This document shows, piece after piece, positions 1-8,915 of a stretch of DNA of 28,585 bases (position 1 is its first letter; each line of letters opens with the position of its first letter). Both the position numbers and the translations under genes were made by a program. Source of the DNA: an uncultured Polaribacter sp. (GTDB taxonomy: Bacteria > Bacteroidota > Bacteroidia > Flavobacteriales > Flavobacteriaceae); assembly GCA_964595235.1 (NCBI GenBank), contig CAZQPD010000199.1, positions 1-28,585 on the forward strand. The letters run 5' to 3'. The notes below the pieces were generated by a model. That model was not told the origin of the DNA and searched no databases. It worked only from the letters and a program-made list of their open reading frames with translations.

Positions 1-2
1 GT

Positions 3-131
3 TGTCATTTCGACCAAAGGGAGAAATCTTTCGCTTTGTTTGAACAGATTCCTCGTCGCTCCTTCGTCGCTCTGTCGGAATGACACGCACCCTGTCATTT
101 CGATACGCAGCGGTAGCGGAGTGAGAAATCT
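3..131. repeat. REP/BIME-like palindromic repeat cluster (one full unit 3-85 plus left half of a second unit 93-131)
   Basis: Unit bounded by TGTCATTTCG...CGGAATGACA with internal GAGAAATCT/AGATTCCTC complementarity. Both left arms recur at 8916 (25/27 identical) and 9020 (38/39 identical). Confidence 0.85.
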
Positions 132-155
132 TTTGTAGTTATGAGATATTTTTGT

Positions 156-197
156 AAAAAAAAACCGGGTGCTTCCCAATAAACGAAAAACACCCGG
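156..197 (-). terminator. Probable intrinsic terminator of the Cys-rich gene
   Basis: CCGGGTG (165-171) / CACCCGG (191-197) stem followed on the minus strand by a 9-T run (A156-A164), 21 nt past the stop codon. Confidence 0.7.
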
Positions 198-218
198 AAA
201 ATGAAAACAGCAAGCTAC

Positions 219-605
219 TTATTTGCTTTTTTCTCCTTTACAGGATTTCTTTTTTCCTTTGCAAGAAGACTTTTTGCCTTCACAACTTGTTTTTTTGGCG
301 CCTTCACAAGAGGATTTTTTGGTCTTACAACCGTCTTTCGACTTGCCTTTGCATTCAGCAGGGTTGCAGTTTTCTTTTTTGCAATCCTTTTTTTTGCAAT
401 CAGCCGGGTTGCAAGAGGCTTTTTCGATGGCTTTACCGGTGGTGCTTTCAGCTTCTCCTCCGGAGCCGCATTTGGATGTTTGGATTTGCGAAGATGCCGG
501 GACATATTTTGCAATTGTATTATCATTCCTTGAAAATGAGAATGATAAAATCACACCAAGGGTCAACAGTACAATTCCGGAATAAATGAAATTTCTTTTG
601 TTCAT
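219..605 (-). CDS. Small exported or membrane-anchored Cys/Lys-rich repeat protein (metallothionein-like, function unknown)
   Basis: N-terminal basic plus hydrophobic signal/anchor (MNKRNFIYSGIVLLTLGVILSFSFS). 11 Cys, in CNPA[D/E]C x2 and SC[E/K]G-type repeats. Has its own -7 box (632-639) and terminator. Confidence 0.75.
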   Translation of the reverse strand: MNKRNFIYSGIVLLTLGVILSFSFSRNDNTIAKYVPASSQIQTSKCGSGGEAESTTGKAIEKASCNPADCKKKDCKKENCNPAECKGKSKDGCKTKKSSCEGAKKTSCEGKKSSCKGKKKSCKGEKSK

Positions 606-620
606 GTCTCTAATGTTACA
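605..620. promoter_or_regulatory. Candidate operator, TGT-N10-ACA (minus strand TGTAACATTAGAGACA)
   Basis: 13/16 identical to the site at 11970-11985. Lies between the -7 box and the start codon. Confidence 0.45.
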
Positions 621-631
621 GTTATACGGGG

Positions 632-639
632 CAAATATA
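632..639 (-). promoter_or_regulatory. Bacteroidota sigma70 -7 element (TATATTTG)
   Basis: Exact TAnnTTTG match 26 nt upstream of the ATG at 605. Confidence 0.7.
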
Positions 640-646
640 ATAATTT

Positions 647-662
647 TGTAATATATGCTACA
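647..662. promoter_or_regulatory. Candidate operator TGTAATATATGCTACA
   Basis: Imperfect palindrome. 647-663 is 15/17 identical to 11970-11986. Lies just upstream of the -7 box. Confidence 0.6.
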
Positions 663-737
663 ATTAGCACTTTAGCCGGTAATCCGGTTCGCCGGAAACG
701 GGTGTATGTATGCTTGCCGATGTCTTTTCGTTCCGGA

Positions 738-1295
738 TTATAACAAAAACCACAAAAACAATAATGGAACCAGAAAACCGATAGCCGTATAAATACCTCC
801 CCTGCCCGAAATGCCTTTTTTGCCTTTCACCATGAAAAACGATGTAAGGGCGAGCAATATCAATGCCACGGCGAACAAATCGGAGAACCACATCCACCAT
901 TTGTGGGGGTTGTAGTGCAGGTAATTGACCTGGTAGAACAGGGGGCGTTTTCGTAGAAATTCCGCTCTGCCTTCTCCCGTTTTGGTATCGACCACCAGGG
1001 ATGACCCGCCTTTGAGAAATATTTTCAATATGTTTTCCTCCGGAAAATAGTACTTCTTATAGCCGCTGTACGGTGTTACTTCTGCTACTAACTTTCCTAC
1101 GGCTTCGCCGGAAATGTGCTCTTTGTCCAGTGGGATACCGGTGCGGAATTTTTTTATCTTGACGCTGTAATTCGGGTTCCAGTCGTTCAGGTGGTTCAGC
1201 GCAATGCCCGACAGGGCATATATCAAGGTGGTTCCTATGAAAAAATATCCGATATCGCGATGCAATATCCTGCTCCACTTTCGTAATGTTTTCAT
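738..1295 (-). CDS. PepSY-associated TM helix membrane protein
   Basis: Family-typical N-terminus (WSRILHRDIGYFFIGTTLIYALSGIALNH), a soluble loop, then YLHYNP and two C-terminal TM helices. Confidence 0.8.
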   Translation of the reverse strand: MKTLRKWSRILHRDIGYFFIGTTLIYALSGIALNHLNDWNPNYSVKIKKFRTGIPLDKEHISGEAVGKLVAEVTPYSGYKKYYFPEENILKIFLKGGSSLVVDTKTGEGRAEFLRKRPLFYQVNYLHYNPHKWWMWFSDLFAVALILLALTSFFMVKGKKGISGRGGIYTAIGFLVPLLFLWFLL

Positions 1296-1327
1296 GTGTT
1301 GGTTCGGTTTACAGTCCGAGTGGGGGA

Positions 1328-1843
1328 TTATCCTTTATCTTTACCGCTTATTACTTCATGGGAAATGTATTCCAACGAATAGAAAGACAGGTGGTCGGTC
1401 TTTGCTGTTTTCATGGAATCCCTGAAGAATTGCAATTGTTTCATCTTTTGGTCGTATATCTCCTGGCTGGTTTTCCCTTCTTTATGGTCGGTAATGTAGT
1501 CCTCCTCTTTCTGTAATATATAGGATTCATCTACTCGGAATTCCGCCACTTTACCCGTCAGTTCGAGTTCCTCACCTACGAGGGCTTCGTCGAAGCGGGT
1601 GCCGGAAGTTACGTGTACTTCACCGTGGTCGTCCACCAGCAGGATTTTCTTTCCGCCGTGCTTGCAGACATGATCGACTATTCCCCGTACCATGACGGGT
1701 TTTCCTACATAATCCCCGGCTTTGGCATCGAATTCCGCCAGGCTCAATAGCGGGACGGCGGATTCGCCGGTTTTGTCTTTCGGGCTGTCGTCACATGACC
1801 ACAAGGCGGTGAGCAAAACGAAAATGAGCAATGTTCTTTTCAT
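1328..1843 (-). CDS. Lipoprotein with probable OB-fold domain and HVCKH motif
   Basis: Lipobox LWS-C17. Beta-strand pattern YVGKPVMVRGIVDHVCKHGG...LELTGKV fits an OB fold. Starts 6 nt after the acyl-CoA dehydrogenase stop. Confidence 0.7.
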   Translation of the reverse strand: MKRTLLIFVLLTALWSCDDSPKDKTGESAVPLLSLAEFDAKAGDYVGKPVMVRGIVDHVCKHGGKKILLVDDHGEVHVTSGTRFDEALVGEELELTGKVAEFRVDESYILQKEEDYITDHKEGKTSQEIYDQKMKQLQFFRDSMKTAKTDHLSFYSLEYISHEVISGKDKG

Positions 1844-1849
1844 AGTATG

Positions 1850-3568
1850 CTATTCTTGAACGGTTATTTCCCTGTATTTTTCCATATCCTCGCAGGAAGA
1901 GTGTTCGATAAAATGAAACTTTGCGGCATTACGCGCTCCGGCGAAGGGGATGAATACCTGTGCCGGGCGGATGTAGTGTTCCTCCCGCATTCCGTCGATG
2001 AGTAAGATGTACCCCATCAGGATATTGCCGGCCATTTCCACGAGTCTGCGGGCGTGGAAGTCGAGATAGTCATCGCATCCGGCTTGCATTACCTTGTCTT
2101 TGGCTGTTTTGTAGCGGGTGGTCATTTCCCGGAGGGTAGCACGCAAATCGCCGTATGTATCCGGAATTTGAGCGTCGTAATGAGCTATTTGTTCGTCGAA
2201 CACATTCGTAGTCACCCCTTTGATGGCGGCGACTACTTGCAGCTGGGAAGTACCTTCGTAGATGGAGGTAATCCGTGCATCGCGGTAGATGCGTTCGATG
2301 GGGAAGTCTTTCATGAATCCTGTTCCACCGTGAATTTGCAGTGATTCGTAAGCGATTTCGTTACTGGCTTCGCTGCCCATGAGCTTGATGAGTGGGGTGA
2401 ATACATTGGCGAGTTTGTGGTAATGTTTCATCTCCATGCGTTCCTCGCGTTCGGGGCGTCTTTCGCGGAATATATCCTCGTAGGCTTTGACTATATCGAC
2501 GAATCTCGCCGTTTCGTAGAGTATCGACCGGAGGGCATCGATACGGGCTTTCATATTGGTCAGCATTTCATAGACGGGCGGAAATTCGATAATGGGTTTT
2601 TCGAATTGTTTGCGTTCGTGTGCATATTTCAGCGCTTCGCGAAATGCTGCTTCGGATATTCCCACCGATTGGGCGGCTACGCCGAGACGTGCCGAATTCA
2701 TCAGGGACATTACGTATTTGATGAGTCCGAATTTTTCACTTCCTACGAGTTCGGCGGGTGCGTTTTTGAATACCAACTCGGTGGTCGGGGAGCCTTTTAT
2801 TCCTAATTTTTTCTCCAAGTGTCTTATTTCTACTGCCTTGTTGTTCCTGTCGTAGATGAACATGGACAGTCCTCTTGCATCCTGGGTGCCTTCTACCGAC
2901 CGTGCGAGGACGAGGGAGATATGGGCGTCGCCGTTGGTAATGAAGCGTTTTACGCCGTTGAGACGCCATACGCCGGCTTTTTCATCGTAGTGTGCTTTGA
3001 GTTGGACGGCTTGCAGGTCGGAGCCGGCATCGGGTTCGGTCAGTACCATGGCAGCCGTGTCCCCGTCGCGGTTGAACCGGGGCAGGTATTTTTCTTTTTG
3101 TTCGTCGGAGCCGAATTCGTAGATGGTCTCCGCACAGTCTTGCAATCCCCAGATATTGGCAAATCCCGCATCGGCACGTGCTATCATTTCCCCCGCCATG
3201 ACATAGGGGACGATGGGAAAATTGAGCCCTTGGTATTTTCGTGGCAGCGTCATACCTATCAGCCCGGCGCGGTAGAGTTCGTCGTAGTTCTCACGGGTTC
3301 CGCGGGCATATACGACCTCGTTGTTCTCGATGCGCGGACCTTCGATATCGACGGATTCGGCGTTGGGGGCGATGGTACGTGCACAGATATCCCCGACGAT
3401 ATCCAGTACCCTGTCGTACGAATCGACGGCGTCGTCGAAATCGGCGGGGGCATGGTCACAAGTGTCCGCTTCGCTGAAATCGCGTTCGCGGAGTTGTACG
3501 ATTTTTTGCATCAGCGGGTGGGTGAGGTGGAATTTATATCCGGGTGTGTCTTTATAATAATTGCTCAT
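1850..3568 (-). CDS. Acyl-CoA dehydrogenase (Bacteroidales-type, with N- and C-terminal extensions)
   Basis: LTEPDAGSDL, NGVKRFIT, KLGIKGSPT, QIHGGTG and IYEGTSQ (catalytic Glu) motifs. Directly downstream of etfA. Confidence 0.95.
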   Translation of the reverse strand: MSNYYKDTPGYKFHLTHPLMQKIVQLRERDFSEADTCDHAPADFDDAVDSYDRVLDIVGDICARTIAPNAESVDIEGPRIENNEVVYARGTRENYDELYRAGLIGMTLPRKYQGLNFPIVPYVMAGEMIARADAGFANIWGLQDCAETIYEFGSDEQKEKYLPRFNRDGDTAAMVLTEPDAGSDLQAVQLKAHYDEKAGVWRLNGVKRFITNGDAHISLVLARSVEGTQDARGLSMFIYDRNNKAVEIRHLEKKLGIKGSPTTELVFKNAPAELVGSEKFGLIKYVMSLMNSARLGVAAQSVGISEAAFREALKYAHERKQFEKPIIEFPPVYEMLTNMKARIDALRSILYETARFVDIVKAYEDIFRERRPEREERMEMKHYHKLANVFTPLIKLMGSEASNEIAYESLQIHGGTGFMKDFPIERIYRDARITSIYEGTSQLQVVAAIKGVTTNVFDEQIAHYDAQIPDTYGDLRATLREMTTRYKTAKDKVMQAGCDDYLDFHARRLVEMAGNILMGYILLIDGMREEHYIRPAQVFIPFAGARNAAKFHFIEHSSCEDMEKYREITVQE

Positions 3569-3584
3569 TTGTGTTGCGTATTAT

Positions 3585-4604
3585 TTATTTGGTGTTGTTC
3601 TTATAAGCTTTTATCATTTCGGGGATGACCCTGTTCAGGTCACCGGTGATGACATAGTCCGCTATTTCGTTGATTGGGGCATGAGGGTCGGAATTGATGG
3701 AAATGATCAGCGAGGATTCTTGCATACCGGCAGTGTGCTGTACGGCTCCGGATATGCCGGCGGCGATGTACAGTTTGGGACGTACCGTTACGCCCGTCTG
3801 CCCTATCTGCCGGTCGTGGTCGATGAATCCCGCATCGACTGCTGCCCTGGACCCGCCGACCTCACCGCCGAGTAGTTCCGCCAGTTCGAACAATTGTTTG
3901 AAGTTCTCTTTGGATCCCACTCCATAGCCTCCGGCTATGATAATGGGGGCGTCTTTCAGGTTCACTTTACTCTCCTCTACGTGACGTTCGAGAATTTGAA
4001 CGGTGAAATGCGATTCGTCGAGTAGTGATTCGACGGGTAGAGCGATTATCTCACTAGTATAATTTTCGTCGAATATTTCGTTTTTCATTACGCCTTCCCT
4101 GACAGTCGCCATTTGGGGGTGCATTTCCCAATTGATGATATTGGCGATGATGCTTCCGCCGAAGGCGGGGCGGATGGCGTAGAGTAGGTTTTCGTAGGTT
4201 TTTTTCTCTTTCGACACATAGTGGTCACCGATATCGAGTATGGTGGTGTCCGCTGTAAGTCCGCAGCCCATAGCCGAGGCTACCCTCGGAGCCAAGTCCC
4301 TACCGGTGGCGGTGGCTCCGAACAGTACGATTTGCGGGTCGTGTTCGCGCAATACATGAATGGCGAGGGCGGCATGCGGAAGGGTGGTGTAGGGTTCCAG
4401 GCGCGGGTCGGTAGCGGTGAATATGGTGTCCACGCCGTATTTGGCGATTTGTTTTTCCACTCCTCCGGTCTTGGCACCGAATACCATGGCTTCGAGCTGT
4501 ACGCCCAATTTTTCAGCCAGCTTCTTGCCGGCGGATAACAGTTCGAGGCTGATGGATGCGACTTGTCCGTCTTGTATTTCACAATATACCGATACGTTTT
4601 TCAT
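3585..4604 (-). CDS. etfA: Electron transfer flavoprotein alpha subunit
   Basis: RPAFGG, GGSRAAVDAG, QIGQTGVTVRPKLYIAAGISGAVQH and INSDPHAPI FAD-binding motifs. Confidence 0.96.
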   Translation of the reverse strand: MKNVSVYCEIQDGQVASISLELLSAGKKLAEKLGVQLEAMVFGAKTGGVEKQIAKYGVDTIFTATDPRLEPYTTLPHAALAIHVLREHDPQIVLFGATATGRDLAPRVASAMGCGLTADTTILDIGDHYVSKEKKTYENLLYAIRPAFGGSIIANIINWEMHPQMATVREGVMKNEIFDENYTSEIIALPVESLLDESHFTVQILERHVEESKVNLKDAPIIIAGGYGVGSKENFKQLFELAELLGGEVGGSRAAVDAGFIDHDRQIGQTGVTVRPKLYIAAGISGAVQHTAGMQESSLIISINSDPHAPINEIADYVITGDLNRVIPEMIKAYKNNTK

Positions 4605-4622
4605 TACGAATGTTTTATGCGT

Positions 4623-5498
4623 TTATCCAATGGTGTGTTTTTCAATTAATTCCACGATGAGCCTGTCGATATCCTCTGCGGTGGCATCGAAGCGTTTGGA
4701 TTCGGCAGCGGTAAACGCCACGCTTTCGACGCTTTTTACCTTGGTGGGTGACCCGGCTAATCCGATGCGGGACGGGTCGGCGTCTATGGCTTCAACGTTC
4801 CATTCGTGGATAGTGAGTTCCGGATATAATTCGATACGGTGGCGTACCGTATCATTCGCTTTGGACATTTCGGAAGCTGACCGCGCATATTTGTATTTCA
4901 TCACCCTCTTTGCCACGGGTGGGCGGCATGCCGGGGCTTCCCCGTGAACGGTAAGCAAACAGGGTATAGGTGCGCGTACCAATTCGGTACCGTGGTCTAT
5001 CTTGCGGCGTACATCGATGTGGGACTCGCCGATATCTGTTATTTCCAGGGCATAAGTCACTTGTGGCAAGCCGAGTTTTTCGGCGGTTTGCGGACCTACT
5101 TGTGCCGTATCTCCGTCAATGGCTTGGCGTCCGCCGAATATCAAATCGTAATCTCCGATTTTCTTTATGGCTTGTGCCAAAGTATAACTGGTGGCGAGAG
5201 TATCGGCTCCACCGAAACGCCTGTCGGATACCAATATGGCTTTGTCGGCACCCCTGTACAGGGATTCTCTCATGATTTCGGCTGCTTTGGGAGGGCCCAT
5301 GGTCAGCACCGTCACATGGGAGCCCGGATGAGCGTCTTTGATTTTTAATGCCATTTCCAGTGCAGCCAGGTCATCGGGGTTGAATATGCTGGGCAACTTA
5401 CCGCGGTTTACCGTACCGTCGGGTTTCATCGCGCCGGGACCCACATTCCGCGTGTCGGGAACCTGCTTGACGAGGACAATGATGTTATAGGTTTTCAT
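4623..5498 (-). CDS. etfB: Electron transfer flavoprotein beta subunit
   Basis: KQVPDT, NPDD, DRRFGGADTLATS and GRQAIDGDTAQVGP motifs. Confidence 0.96.
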   Translation of the reverse strand: MKTYNIIVLVKQVPDTRNVGPGAMKPDGTVNRGKLPSIFNPDDLAALEMALKIKDAHPGSHVTVLTMGPPKAAEIMRESLYRGADKAILVSDRRFGGADTLATSYTLAQAIKKIGDYDLIFGGRQAIDGDTAQVGPQTAEKLGLPQVTYALEITDIGESHIDVRRKIDHGTELVRAPIPCLLTVHGEAPACRPPVAKRVMKYKYARSASEMSKANDTVRHRIELYPELTIHEWNVEAIDADPSRIGLAGSPTKVKSVESVAFTAAESKRFDATAEDIDRLIVELIEKHTIG

Positions 5499-5528
5499 AC
5501 CGGATTATGATTTCAAAAATTGGTGAGC

Positions 5529-5536
5529 CAAATTTA
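5529..5536 (-). promoter_or_regulatory. -7 element (TAAATTTG) for the etfB operon
   Basis: Exact TAnnTTTG match 30 nt upstream of the etfB ATG. Confidence 0.7.
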
Positions 5537-5709
5537 CTATTTGAATTTTTTTTTCGCCTGATATCGGTCAGGTTTTGGAAAAAATATATCCACATATTTT
5601 GTCCTTTTCCGGTATTTGTCTATGACACCGTCGAAAATTTCTGCCGGAATTTTCTGAACACACAGCCTTTGTAATTTCCGGCTGTTCCCGGATATTAAGG
5701 AAAATACCG

Positions 5710-5717
5710 TAACTTTG
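5710..5717 (+). promoter_or_regulatory. -7 element (TAACTTTG) for the helicase gene
   Basis: Exact TAnnTTTG match. It overlaps the ORF-track TTG at 5715, so the real start is probably downstream. Confidence 0.65.
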
Positions 5718-5747
5718 TTTGTCTTTCATTTCATAAAGAATTGTCAT

Positions 5748-8700
5748 TTGCCAGAAAACTCTTATTATACCGTTTATTCAGCTTCCGCCGGCAGTGGGAA
5801 GACTTTTTCGTTGGTGCGTGAATATTTGTATTTGTTGCTGAACCGTTCCGACCCGGGGTATTTCAGTCGCATCCTTGCTATAACTTTTACGAATAAAGCT
5901 GCACAGGAGATGAAAGACCGTATCATCGACAGCTTGCAGGAAATCGAAAGAGGGGAGCCTTCACCTATGCGGGAAGCAATAATGGGCATGACGGGGTTGG
6001 ATGCTCATACTTTGTCCCGGCGTGCAGGGAGGATATTGCAGAATATTTTTCTGAATTACGATGATTTACGTATTCATACCATTGATGCATTTACCCATGG
6101 GATTATCAGGACATTTGCCCGGGATTTTCATTTGCGTCAGGATTTCGAAGTTACTTTGGACGAAGAGGTGTACCGGAAAGAGGCTGTTATCCGTGTGTTG
6201 GATACTTTGAAAGAGGACAAAGCGCTTTCGGGTATTTTATTGGGATTTGTAGAGCATCTGATAGATGAGGACCGGTCATGGAATATACGGGGAGAACTCG
6301 AAAAATTCGCCAAGATGCTGGAATCCGGTTCTTACAAATATGAACTATCGAAGTATATCGACAAGGATACTTCCGGATTTTCCAGAATGCAAAAGGTATT
6401 ATTTTCGCGTATTAACCGTCTGAATAAAGAGATAAAGCGGATTGCTTCGGGTGCTTTGGAATATTTGATGGCACACAGTGATCCGGCATGGTATGACTAC
6501 AGGGCTTTGCCTATGTTTTTCGAGAAAGTTTCGGTTTCTGCCGATGTGACGGATGAATTGAAAAGACAATCCGTATCAAAAAGGATAGAACGGGGGAAAA
6601 TATTGAAAAAAGCGGGTCTCAAACACCTCGATCACGATGGGGAAATCCTCCGTAAACTTTATGACGACTACCACCGTATCATCGCTTTGGGCAGGGATAA
6701 GATATATTATTCATTATTGATAAAGGCGGTTCCCTTGACGGCTTCGCTTTCGTCGATATACCGGGAGATGTTACTATTGTTGGAAGAACGTAATGAAATG
6801 TTGCTCGGAGAATTCAACGGAATGATATCCCGCCATATCCGTTCGCACCCTGTACCTTATATTTATGAACGGTTGGGTGTGAAGTTGAGGAATTTTTTTA
6901 TCGACGAAATGCAAGATACCTCATTGGTGCAATGGGATAATATGAAATACCTTGCCGGCGAGGCTTTGTCAGCAGGTGGGAGCTTGATGTTGGTAGGGGA
7001 TGCCAAACAATCCATATACAGATGGCGCGGGGGAGAACCGGAACAGTTCATACACCTGTCCGACCCCGGATTGCCTTCTGATTTCGTACGGAAAAAAGAT
7101 GTCGTCGTTCTGTCGAATAATTACCGGAGCTTACGGGAAATCGTAGAATTTAACAACCGTTTTTTTAAATTTTGTGCCGGAGAAGTACTTACGAACGGGG
7201 AATACTACCAATTGTACGCCCGGACAGTGGAGCAAACACCTGTCCAACCGTCAGGCGGATATGTCCGCATAGATTTTATCGATACGGAATCCCAACCCGA
7301 TGATGCCCCCCCGCCGGTGCCTGATGCCGTACACCGGTTGGTTGAAGAATTGACGGATATGTACCAGCCCGGGGATATTTGTATATTGGTAAGAACCAAC
7401 AAGAAGGCTGCCGGATTGGCGGAATATCTTACCGGGAAAGGTGTCGAAGTGGCTTCCCCGGAGAGTTTGAAACTAAACAAGCACGCTGCCGTCCGGTTTA
7501 TCATCCATACTTTATATGCACTCCTTTATACCGGAGAACCTTTTTACCGTTTGCAAATGTTGTATTTCTTGCACGGACATACTGCACAGGAGATGCCCCT
7601 GCACGATTTTGTTTCCGGGCATTTGACCGGGGATGAGAATTCATTTTTTGACGGATTGAAAGAATTGGATTTGGATTTTGATGCGGGGATATTCAGAAGT
7701 TATACCCTGTATGAAGGTGTGGAATATATAATTCACGCTTTTCACCTCAATACCTCGGTTACGGCGAATGGTTATTTGCTGGGGTTCTCCAAAGAAGTAT
7801 TTTCTTACCAACAGAGATACGGCGGATCACTGTCAGGCTTCCTCGAATTCTGGGAAACCAAGAAAGATAAATTAGCCTTGCCACTGACCCGGAACAAGCA
7901 GGCGGTAAATATTATGACCATACACAAAGCCAAAGGATTGGAGTTTCCCGTGGTCATCATGGCATACAATGAAAGCTTATCGGGAAAAGGCGGGTATGTG
8001 TGGCTTCCGGTGCGCGAAGACCCGGAATGGGAAGGCTTCGATAGTTTTCTCGTTCCCCTTACCAAATCCTTTTCTTACCTTCCGGGCGAAGGGGAAGCCC
8101 TCTACCGTACAGGTGAAGAAAAAGCCGTTTTTGATAATTTGAACAATTTGTATGTTGCCTTTACACGGGCGGAAGAACGGCTGTATGCCGTTATGGATTA
8201 CAAGAGGAAGATAAGGTCCGGCACTTATGCGGACTTGTTGGAAAAATATTTGAAAAACATAGGTGTGTGGAATGCGGAAAGCCGTTCATATTCTTTCGGT
8301 GATGAGGTAGCGCTATTGTCTGTTGCCGGGGAGGAAACGCCCGGTGCTGACAAGGTTTTGTATTCGTATTCACTATCTTATCACGATAAGTACCTGATGC
8401 CGGAATTCGATGAAAAAACACCGGACACGGAGTTGCATCCCGCTCGAAAAGGAAAAGTTATTCATAAAATCTTATCATATATCCATACCCGTGAGGATAT
8501 AGATTTGGCATTGGAACATTACCGTTTCGACCCCGGTTTGCAGACGGATTTGGAATTTGGTCAAATGCGCGAAATATTGCACCATGTCACCGGACACCCC
8601 GGATTAGCCCCGTATTTTTCAGAAGGTGTTACTGTGTACAATGAGAGGGAAATCGTCGATTCCGGCGGGGAGTTACACATTCCCGACCGCCTTGTTTTAT

Positions 8701-8876
8701 TGCCTTCCGGCAAATGGGTAGTTATTGATTATAAAACCGGAGAACCCATAGAGTCCCACCGCAAGCAAGTGGACCATTATGCCCGCCTGCTCGAACAAAC
8801 CGGAAAACAGGTAGATAAAGCTCTGATAGTCTATATTGGGGATTCGGGAGTGCGACGTATTGTAGAGTCTGGTTGA
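5748..8876 (+). CDS. UvrD/REP-family helicase with C-terminal PD-(D/E)xK nuclease (AddA/RecB-like)
   Basis: ASAGSGKT, AITFTNKAAQEMKDR, IDEMQDTS, VGDAKQSIYRWRGG, MTIHKAKGLEF, LYVAFTRA and C-terminal PDRL...IDYKTG. Start moved from 5715 to TTG 5748 because the -7 box covers 5715; the start remains uncertain. Confidence 0.9.
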   Translation: MPENSYYTVYSASAGSGKTFSLVREYLYLLLNRSDPGYFSRILAITFTNKAAQEMKDRIIDSLQEIERGEPSPMREAIMGMTGLDAHTLSRRAGRILQNIFLNYDDLRIHTIDAFTHGIIRTFARDFHLRQDFEVTLDEEVYRKEAVIRVLDTLKEDKALSGILLGFVEHLIDEDRSWNIRGELEKFAKMLESGSYKYELSKYIDKDTSGFSRMQKVLFSRINRLNKEIKRIASGALEYLMAHSDPAWYDYRALPMFFEKVSVSADVTDELKRQSVSKRIERGKILKKAGLKHLDHDGEILRKLYDDYHRIIALGRDKIYYSLLIKAVPLTASLSSIYREMLLLLEERNEMLLGEFNGMISRHIRSHPVPYIYERLGVKLRNFFIDEMQDTSLVQWDNMKYLAGEALSAGGSLMLVGDAKQSIYRWRGGEPEQFIHLSDPGLPSDFVRKKDVVVLSNNYRSLREIVEFNNRFFKFCAGEVLTNGEYYQLYARTVEQTPVQPSGGYVRIDFIDTESQPDDAPPPVPDAVHRLVEELTDMYQPGDICILVRTNKKAAGLAEYLTGKGVEVASPESLKLNKHAAVRFIIHTLYALLYTGEPFYRLQMLYFLHGHTAQEMPLHDFVSGHLTGDENSFFDGLKELDLDFDAGIFRSYTLYEGVEYIIHAFHLNTSVTANGYLLGFSKEVFSYQQRYGGSLSGFLEFWETKKDKLALPLTRNKQAVNIMTIHKAKGLEFPVVIMAYNESLSGKGGYVWLPVREDPEWEGFDSFLVPLTKSFSYLPGEGEALYRTGEEKAVFDNLNNLYVAFTRAEERLYAVMDYKRKIRSGTYADLLEKYLKNIGVWNAESRSYSFGDEVALLSVAGEETPGADKVLYSYSLSYHDKYLMPEFDEKTPDTELHPARKGKVIHKILSYIHTREDIDLALEHYRFDPGLQTDLEFGQMREILHHVTGHPGLAPYFSEGVTVYNEREIVDSGGELHIPDRLVLLPSGKWVVIDYKTGEPIESHRKQVDHYARLLEQTGKQVDKALIVYIGDSGVRRIVESG

Positions 8877-8910
8877 TAGTTTTGAGTGGATAGTTATTAG
8901 TTGATAGTTG
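8873..8910 (+). repeat. Degenerate heptamer tandem repeat (TTGATAG-type, 5 units)
   Basis: In-phase units TTGATAG TTTTGAG TGGATAG TTATTAG TTGATAG TTG. The helicase TGA stop lies in the first unit. Confidence 0.7.
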
Positions 8911-8915
8911 GCGCA

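Noticed and set aside
215-526. Same-strand alternative-frame ORF resembling a histone H1-like Lys/Ala/Pro-rich protein
   Set aside because: It lies inside 219-605, which has the signal peptide, promoter and periodic Cys pattern. The Lys richness follows from the A-rich repetitive DNA. It is not formally excluded without proteomics.
201-585. Plus-strand Phe-rich ORFs (201-533, 223-585, 287-589)
   Set aside because: Antisense shadows of the Lys-rich gene (AAA/AAG read as TTT/CTT).
664-682. TTAGCAC as a CIRCE (HrcA) half-site
   Set aside because: The second half (GAGTGCTAA at 9-nt spacing) is missing.
683-696. TCCGG-TTCG-CCGGA hairpin after the PepSY gene as a terminator
   Set aside because: Only a 5-bp stem, with no U-tract on the coding strand.
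2819-3628. 269-aa plus-strand ORF
   Set aside because: Antisense to the acyl-CoA dehydrogenase with no recognisable motifs. The same applies to the other long antisense ORFs over etf, era, hflX, metK, rho and nqr.
5715-5747. ORF-track N-terminal extensions (also 11542-11562, 15731-15784, 16504-16527, 16759-16827)
   Set aside because: They overlap -7 boxes, the riboswitch leader or upstream genes. Downstream starts give stop/start overlaps or family-typical N-termini.
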